NCBI GenBank assembly: GCA_934096265.1
Contig: CAKOLI010000001.1
Location: 141,512 to 205,511, forward strand
DNA length: 64,000 nucleotides
DNA from: an uncultured Bacilli bacterium
GTDB lineage: Bacteria; Bacillota_I; Bacilli_A; RF39; UBA660
Reading direction: 5' to 3'
Position numbers and translations under genes: made by a program. The notes under the pieces are model-generated. The model was given only the letters and a program-made list of their open reading frames with translations, was not told where the DNA came from and did not search any database. Positions 58,607 through 64,000 of the stretch are shown one piece after another; the first letter of the stretch is position 1, and each line of letters begins with the position of its first letter.

Positions 58607-59261
58607 TATAGAATATACCTACAAAGGCCAAACATTTCCCGTAAACATAATCCGCAAAAACAACAAAAACACATATATAAGAGTAGATGATAACCTAAAT
58701 ATAAATATAACAACTTCCTACTTAGTAAGTAAAACAATCATAAAAGACATACTAACAAAAAACACTAAATCAATTAACAAAATGATAGATAATAAAATAA
58801 CCAAACTAGAAAAAATAAATAGTATTAACGAAAACAACATCTTACTCTTTGGCAAAAGAATATACGTAGTCTATAGTGATTCTTTTAAAGATACAGAAAT
58901 GATTAACGACACAATTTATACCACTGATATAAAAAAACTAAATAAATATCTAAATAACATAATAACAAAAACATACCTTGCCAACCTAAACTGTTGTTAT
59001 AATACCTTTGAAGAAAACATACCTTATCCAACCTTAAAAATCCGCAAAATGAAAACAAGATGGGGGGTATGTAACTACAAAAAGAATATCGTAACTCTTA
59101 ATTTAGAATTAATAAATTATGATATTAGTTGCTTAAACTACGTTATTATCCATGAATTATCTCATTTCATCTACCAAGATCACTCTAAACATTTTTGGGC
59201 CATTGTAAACAAATACTGCCCTAACTACAAAGAAATACGTAACATTTTGAAAAAAACCTAA
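58599..59261 (+). CDS. YgjP-like (DUF45, M48 superfamily) zinc metallopeptidase
   Basis: HELSH motif (VIIHELSHF). GTG 58599 overlaps the DUF2207 stop by 8 nt. Upstream GGAGGAGGAGG serves as a Shine-Dalgarno. The track start at 58536 is judged an extension. Confidence 0.7.
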   Translation: MGNIEYTYKGQTFPVNIIRKNNKNTYIRVDDNLNINITTSYLVSKTIIKDILTKNTKSINKMIDNKITKLEKINSINENNILLFGKRIYVVYSDSFKDTEMINDTIYTTDIKKLNKYLNNIITKTYLANLNCCYNTFEENIPYPTLKIRKMKTRWGVCNYKKNIVTLNLELINYDISCLNYVIIHELSHFIYQDHSKHFWAIVNKYCPNYKEIRNILKKT

Positions 59262-59298
59262 AGAAAGAAATTGATAACAACAAATTAACAAAATAGTA

Positions 59299-59327
59299 TT
59301 GATTTATATAAAAAAAAGTGATAAAAT
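59299..59327 (+). promoter_or_regulatory. promoter of the right-hand segment
   Basis: TTGATT at 59299-59304, a 17-nt spacer, and extended -10 TGaTAAAAT at 59319-59327. Confidence 0.55.
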
Positions 59328-59356
59328 ATTGATTAAATTAATTTAGGAGGGCTATT

Positions 59357-59506
59357 ATGAGCAGACTGACTAATAAAACAAGAAATTGTTATTTAGAAGT
59401 ATTAAGCGTTAAAACCAAATATCATATTAACGCTGTTTGCTTACACCCATATTTCAACATAAAGAATAATAATGCAGTATTGACGGTGCTTAGAGAAACA
59501 TTGTAG
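59357..59506 (+). CDS. 49-aa leader ORF
   Basis: ATG lies 6 nt after AGGAGG (59345-59350). Translation is MSRLTNKTRNCYLEVLSVKTKYHINAVCLHPYFNIKNNNAVLTVLRETL. The stop TAG (59504-59506) lies in the loop of the downstream terminator. Confidence 0.35.
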   Translation: MSRLTNKTRNCYLEVLSVKTKYHINAVCLHPYFNIKNNNAVLTVLRETL

Positions 59507-59528
59507 TGTTTCTTTTGGCACCGTTTTT
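59484..59528 (+). terminator. strong intrinsic terminator upstream of the relA/spoT-like gene (attenuator candidate)
   Basis: Stems cggtgc..agagaaaca / tgtttcttt..gcaccg followed by TTTTT. RBS AGGAGG and GTG 59552 follow directly. Confidence 0.7.
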
Positions 59529-59551
59529 CTGTTATTTAGGAGGTGCTATTA

Positions 59552-60991
59552 GTGAACGACATTACATTACAGAACTTATTATTCAAATTAAAATAATATA
59601 GTAATGAGGACAAAGAAACTGTAAAAAAAGCATACACTTACGCCGATTATTTACATAATGGTCAAACTAGGCAGAGTGGGGAACCTTATATTAGTCATCC
59701 GTTAAATGTAGCTTATATACTTGCTGAAATGCATGCGGATAAAGATACAATATGTGCTGGACTGCTTCATGATACCTTAGAAGACACAAGTATAACTAAA
59801 GAAGATATTGCTCATGAATTTAATCAAAATATTGCTACTTTAGTAGATGGAGTAACAAAAATAAGTAAAATGAATTTTTCTTCTAAACAAGACCAAAATT
59901 ATGCGAATACAAGAAAGATAATAACAGGAATAGCAGAAGATGTTCGGATTATTGTAATTAAACTTGCAGATAGACTTCACAATATGAGAACACTAGGATT
60001 TAAGTCGGAATTCAAACAAAAAGAGAATGCACTTGAAACTATGGAAATATTTGTCCCTCTTGCTTATTATATTGGAGCATACAGAATAAAGAGTGAACTA
60101 GAAGATTTGTCACTGCAATATTTAAAACGTGAAGTATATAAAAAAATAGAAGAAAGAAAAATAAAACTAGAAGAATCAAGTAAATCTTGTTTAGAAGAAA
60201 TGCTACAAAGAATAGAAGAACTATTAGAACACAAAAAGATTTCAAATGAAATAAAGATTAGAACTAAAAATATATATGGCATATATAAAAGATTAAACGA
60301 AGGACACAAACTATCTGATATACATGATTTGTTATCATTAAAGATAATGGTAGAAAAAGTAGAAAATTGTTATATTACACTAGGATTAATTCGCAAAGAG
60401 TATCATCCAATAAATGAAAGGTTTAAGGATTATATTTGCAATCCCAAGACAAATATGTATCAGAGTTTACATACAACAGTGTATGGACCAGATGACAGAT
60501 TAGTGCAAACACAAATAAGGACATTTGATATGGACAAGGTTGCGTCATTTGGACTTACAGCTTATTGGGAATCACAAACAGGTAATGCAAGAGATATAAT
60601 GCAAAATGATTTAAAACAGAAATTTCAGTTTTTCAAATCATTAGTAGAAATAAATTCCATGTTTGGAGATAATCAACAATTTGTAAATCAAATAAAAACA
60701 GAGCTATTTGCAGACAAAGTATACGTGTATACAACAAAAGGTAATGTTGTAGAACTTCCTAAAGGGGCAACTGCAATAGATTTTGCGTATAAAATACACA
60801 CAGACATTGGAAATACAATGGTGGGAGTATTTGTAAATGATAGGTTTGTACCAGTAGATTACGTTTTAAAAAACAAAGATAGAGTAAGAATAGTAACAAA
60901 TGACTTATCTTATGGCCCTAGGGAAGATTGGATAGATAAAGCACAAACAAGTTTAGCAAAAAGAAAAATTAGAGAATTTAATAGAAGATAA
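59552..60991 (+). pseudogene. short RelA/SpoT homologue (HD + synthetase-like + TGS) interrupted by in-frame TAA
   Basis: GTG 59552 follows AGGAGG. An in-frame TAA at 59594-59596 (codon 15) falls inside sequence that aligns with the Rel N-terminus (..KAYTYADYLHNGQTRQSGEPYISHP..). HD motif LLHDTLED, then RLHNMRT, RFKDYI..YQSLHT, and QTQIRT in place of E(V/I)QIRT. TGS is present. The protein ends about 30 aa after TGS. Confidence 0.6.
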
Positions 60992-61013
60992 ATAAATTTA
61001 AAGGAGAGAAAAC

Positions 61014-62042
61014 ATGAAAAACTATATACCCAATACATGGAAAAATAAAAAAACGCATTATATGAAAGTTATTGATGAACCTTGGTATAAACTATTAGTA
61101 AAACTAGAAAATTTGTTAACAGTGGAGACTGTAAAGTTTTATGAAAAAATCGGAATAAGTACAATGCATTTGCCTGTAACGACAGAATCAATTTCGAGCC
61201 CCATGGGCAGGGGGAGTGATTCACTTCCTGTAAAAGTGAATTTAAATGGGGTAGAAACATATTTAGCTGACTCGATGCAATTTTTCCTTGAATATGGTTG
61301 CCGTTTAACTAATAAAGGTGTTTACTATATTATGCCATCTTTTAGAGGAGAAAAAGCAGACAAGAGGCACTTGTGTCAATTTTATCATAGTGAAGCAGAA
61401 ATTATTGGAAGTTTAAACGATGTCATGAACTTGATTGAAAAATATATAAAATATTTGTCTAAACAAATAATTAAACAATTAGGTTCAGAAATTAAAGATA
61501 TGATTGGAGATATATCACATATAGAAAAAATAGCTACATATAAAGGGCACTTTCCAAAGATAACATTTGACGAAATGGAAAAAAAACTCAAAGATAAATA
61601 TCCAAACGAAATTGAAAAATATATTGAGTATAATGACGGATGGAGAAACATGACACACGAAGGAGAAAAAAAGATAATGAGCATGTATAATGGTATAGTC
61701 TGGGTCACTAATTATGATATTTTAACCGTTCCATTCTACCAAAAATACGATGATGTTATTAAAGGTACAGCAAAAAATGCTGATTTATTAATGGGAATTG
61801 GGGAAACAGTAGGATGTGGAGAAAGGCATAACGATTATAAAGGTTTGTTAGATTCGCTAGAATTTCACGAAGTAGATATTAAAGAGTACAAATGGTATAT
61901 AAATATGAAAAAATGCAAGCCACTAAACACATCAGGGTTTGGTATGGGTACAGAAAGATTCTTAATGTGGGTGCTTAAATGTGATGATATTAGGAACATG
62001 CAAATATGCTTAAGATTTAACGGAGAGGATGTAAATCCATAA
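61014..62042 (+). CDS. stand-alone class II aaRS catalytic core, AsnRS-like (possible AsnRS-derived asparagine synthetase or other ligase)
   Basis: Motif 2 is SFRGEKADKRHLCQFYHSEAEI. ADLLMGIGETVGCGER is present. Motif 3 is SGFGMGTERFLMWVL. EYKWYINMKK matches the AsnRS EYWWYLDLR block. There is no N-terminal OB anticodon-binding domain. Confidence 0.7.
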   Translation: MKNYIPNTWKNKKTHYMKVIDEPWYKLLVKLENLLTVETVKFYEKIGISTMHLPVTTESISSPMGRGSDSLPVKVNLNGVETYLADSMQFFLEYGCRLTNKGVYYIMPSFRGEKADKRHLCQFYHSEAEIIGSLNDVMNLIEKYIKYLSKQIIKQLGSEIKDMIGDISHIEKIATYKGHFPKITFDEMEKKLKDKYPNEIEKYIEYNDGWRNMTHEGEKKIMSMYNGIVWVTNYDILTVPFYQKYDDVIKGTAKNADLLMGIGETVGCGERHNDYKGLLDSLEFHEVDIKEYKWYINMKKCKPLNTSGFGMGTERFLMWVLKCDDIRNMQICLRFNGEDVNP

Positions 62043-62046
62043 TACA

Positions 62047-62946
62047 ATGATAATTGATTCACATAGCCACATTGGGAAAGATTGTTATTGGCAAGAATCA
62101 TCGCTAGATAATTACATTTCGTTATGCCAAAAGTTGAATATCGAATATTCTATTTTGATGCCTGTACCAAACCCAGTAACCCAAGACATAGGCCTAAAAT
62201 GTATATATTGGGAGTATAATAACAATAGATACATTTATAAAAGCGACATAGATGTATTTGACAATCCATATAAATTAATAAATGATTACACATATGACTT
62301 ACTTAAAAAATCATCAATAAAAGAAAAATTTGGATTCGTGCCAATGGTTCATCCTATTTTAGATTCCATTGAATATATAAATGAAATAATAGAAAAATAT
62401 AATCCACTTGCAATAAAAATACATGGAATATCAACAGCAACTGGTCCATATGATATAAGTGAGGAATTAATAAAATTATTACATAAAAAAGACATTCCAC
62501 TTATAGTTCACACAGATTATTGTAAAAAGCCAACAAATGCAATTGAATTTTTGAGAAAAAAAAATAATCCGTATGATTGGGCTATGTTCTTCATTAATAA
62601 TGAGATAAAAGGATATCTAACACACGGTGCAAGAATGGATAAAAAAGTGTTTGATTTAGTAAATTCTCATGACAATTTAGTTATTGGAATAGGGCCAGAT
62701 TTCAAAATAAACTTAGAGAGAACAAGATGGGTAGAGGCAAGTGACGATGATTATCTAAATATAATCAGAGACAGCGTTGATACAAATAAGATATTGTTTG
62801 ACATTGATTACAGCTGGAATATTGATAGTTCAAAAAAATTAGAAACAAATCAAATATGTAGAATAAAAAAAATATTTACACCAAAAGAAAAGAAAAAAAT
62901 ATTAGCAAAAAACGCAATTAATTTTTTTAATATAAAGGAGAAATAA
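62047..62946 (+). CDS. metal-dependent amidohydrolase (TIM-barrel, Amidohydro_2-like)
   Basis: N-terminal IIDSHSHIG. Internal HG and HTD His residues. C-terminal KILAKNAINFF. Confidence 0.65.
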   Translation: MIIDSHSHIGKDCYWQESSLDNYISLCQKLNIEYSILMPVPNPVTQDIGLKCIYWEYNNNRYIYKSDIDVFDNPYKLINDYTYDLLKKSSIKEKFGFVPMVHPILDSIEYINEIIEKYNPLAIKIHGISTATGPYDISEELIKLLHKKDIPLIVHTDYCKKPTNAIEFLRKKNNPYDWAMFFINNEIKGYLTHGARMDKKVFDLVNSHDNLVIGIGPDFKINLERTRWVEASDDDYLNIIRDSVDTNKILFDIDYSWNIDSSKKLETNQICRIKKIFTPKEKKKILAKNAINFFNIKEK

Positions 62947-62949
62947 TAT

Positions 62950-63456
62950 ATGAAATTAGAAAAAATAAGTTTAAAACACAAAGAAATGATTGAAGATATA
63001 AAGAAAGAGTATGATACGTTAAATGAAGACTATAATGGAGCCTTTTTCATAAAAGAATACACCGATTATAACAAACTAATTAATGATTTAGATAATTATT
63101 CAAATGGAATAATAAATAATCCAAACTATGTACCATACACATGTTATGTATTAATTAATGACAATAAAATAATAGGAGTAGGGTCAATTAGACATTATTT
63201 AAATGAATATCTCGAAAACTTCGGAGGACACATAGGTTATAGCATAGTACCATCAGCTAGATTAAAAGGTTATGGCACAAAATTATTAAACCTTCTATTA
63301 AAAGAAGCTAAATCAAAAAAAATAGATAAAGTATTAATAACTTGCTCAGATACAAACATAGGCTCAAAAAAAGTAATTGAAAATAACCATGGCAAACTAA
63401 TTAACAAAATAGAAAATAATAATAAATTAACCTGTAGATATATAATCAGTTTATAA
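62950..63456 (+). CDS. GNAT-family N-acetyltransferase
   Basis: IIGVGSIRH...GHIGYSIVPSARLKGYGTKLL is an acetyl-CoA-binding R/Q-x-x-G-x-G/A-like motif. Confidence 0.7.
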   Translation: MKLEKISLKHKEMIEDIKKEYDTLNEDYNGAFFIKEYTDYNKLINDLDNYSNGIINNPNYVPYTCYVLINDNKIIGVGSIRHYLNEYLENFGGHIGYSIVPSARLKGYGTKLLNLLLKEAKSKKIDKVLITCSDTNIGSKKVIENNHGKLINKIENNNKLTCRYIISL

Positions 63457-63509
63457 AAGATAAATATGGTAGCAGAAAATATTAAAGCAAGAGGAAGAGT
63501 GCCAAAAGT

Positions 63510-64000
63510 ATGAATAATGGAAAAAAAGTTTTTAATTTAAGAAAAAAAATATTTAAAAAAAGTAAATATAAAGATTATGATGATATATTAAATGATTTAT
63601 TTATACCGAAATACTATAATTATAAGTCATGTATTCCAAAATGCTTCAGTAACAAAGATTATGATAAAATTAACGTGTTTAACCATGAAAAATACTTGCC
63701 TATTTATGAGAAAGTATTATATGATATTGAAAAAATAAACAAACAAAAAACTGATAAAAATGTTATATTTATAATACATCCATTTTATCCGCTGTTAAGA
63801 CATTGCAATTTTCTTATTGAAAACACGGAATATTTAAACAAATATATAGAATATGAAAAAAAAATAATAAAGTTGTTAAAGTTCTCAAAAAGGGAGTTAG
63901 TTCTTGTGGAATCTCCTGACTCCTTTATGAATTACACTTATACATTTTTGAAATACGGAAGAATAAAGCATGTTTTATTAACAAGGCATTCAGAAGGTTT
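63510..64000 (+). CDS. hypothetical protein, partial (continues past window end)
   Basis: Open frame from ATG 63510 (MNNGKKVFNLRKKIFKK..) to the window edge. Preceded by AGAGGAAGAG. No family recognised. Confidence 0.5.
   Translation, partial: MNNGKKVFNLRKKIFKKSKYKDYDDILNDLFIPKYYNYKSCIPKCFSNKDYDKINVFNHEKYLPIYEKVLYDIEKINKQKTDKNVIFIIHPFYPLLRHCNFLIENTEYLNKYIEYEKKIIKLLKFSKRELVLVESPDSFMNYTYTFLKYGRIKHVLLTRHSEG

Noticed and set aside
58492-58737. A minus-strand ORF encoding a poly-Pro stretch (PRPPPPPKPPPPPP).
   Set aside because: It is the reverse complement of the GGA/GGT/GGC Gly codons of the DUF2207 tail and has no independent support.
59262-59356. The possibility that the composition switch marks oriC or the terminus.
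   Set aside because: I found no DnaA-box cluster (TTATCCACA-like), no dnaA/dnaN, and no dif-like tatattatgt core in the junction. The idea is kept only as an alternative within the island finding.
59360-59530. A T-box riboswitch upstream of the RSH/AsnRS-like genes.
   Set aside because: There is no T-box consensus (GGGTGGTACCGCG-like) and no recognisable specifier-loop/AGAGA architecture. A leader ORF plus terminator fits better.
1-64000. A search for CRISPR repeats, IS/transposase, integrase, phage or classical defence genes.
   Set aside because: I saw no regularly spaced direct repeats and no ORF with recombinase, transposase, restriction or nuclease-helicase signatures.

Overview
This is a 64-kb chromosomal window from a very AT-rich Bacillota-type organism. 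It uses the standard code: Trp is TGG and TGA terminates mreC. Cell-wall genes are present and gene order resembles Bacillus. I call about 60 protein genes, nearly all on the + strand.

Most of the window is ordinary housekeeping:
- lexA
- radC-mreC-mreD-spoIVFA/FB-like-rplU-prp-rpmA
- comEB-lepA
- trmB
- murG-murB-divIB-uppS-cdsA-rseP
- hemW
- ybeY-cdd-era-yqzL-recO
- yvcK-whiA
- nfo
- a class B PBP
- rpmG-efp
- eno
- mutL
- lemA-DUF2207-M48

I saw no rRNA, tRNA, CRISPR array, transposase, integrase or recognisable defence genes.

The content that is not ordinary:
1. A surface-protein locus at 3.6-15.6 kb. It holds a 1023-aa protein with a TasA/camelysin-like SipW-type N-terminus and a 643-aa protein with a classic type IV prepilin N-terminus. 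Both carry extremely Cys-rich C-terminal modules and are followed by small Cys-pair proteins. A lipid-enzyme operon sits between them and includes a PgsA-like/PlsC-like fusion.
2. Two BspA-type LRR paralogues at 33.8 and 42.7 kb. They share the same TasA-like N-domain, with a 122-nt perfectly identical stretch, and a conserved C-terminus. They bracket an 8.9-kb housekeeping block. Each sits behind a promoter plus terminator-hairpin leader. The second leader also carries an inverted-repeat-bounded, G+C-enriched insert of about 110 nt that looks like a structured RNA.
3. An anchored protein at 24.6-27.2 kb carrying both a dockerin-like and a cohesin-like module.
4. A right-hand segment from about 59.3 kb with different codon usage. 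It contains a leader ORF plus terminator, a short RelA/SpoT homologue with an in-frame TAA and a Glu-to-Gln change in the synthetase motif, a stand-alone AsnRS-like catalytic core, an amidohydrolase and a GNAT.
5. A small SOS-box-controlled membrane peptide divergent from lexA.

Everything here comes from reading the sequence and the ORF track. No homology searches, folding or statistics were run. Family assignments rest on motifs I recognise, and the compositional statements are eyeball counts.
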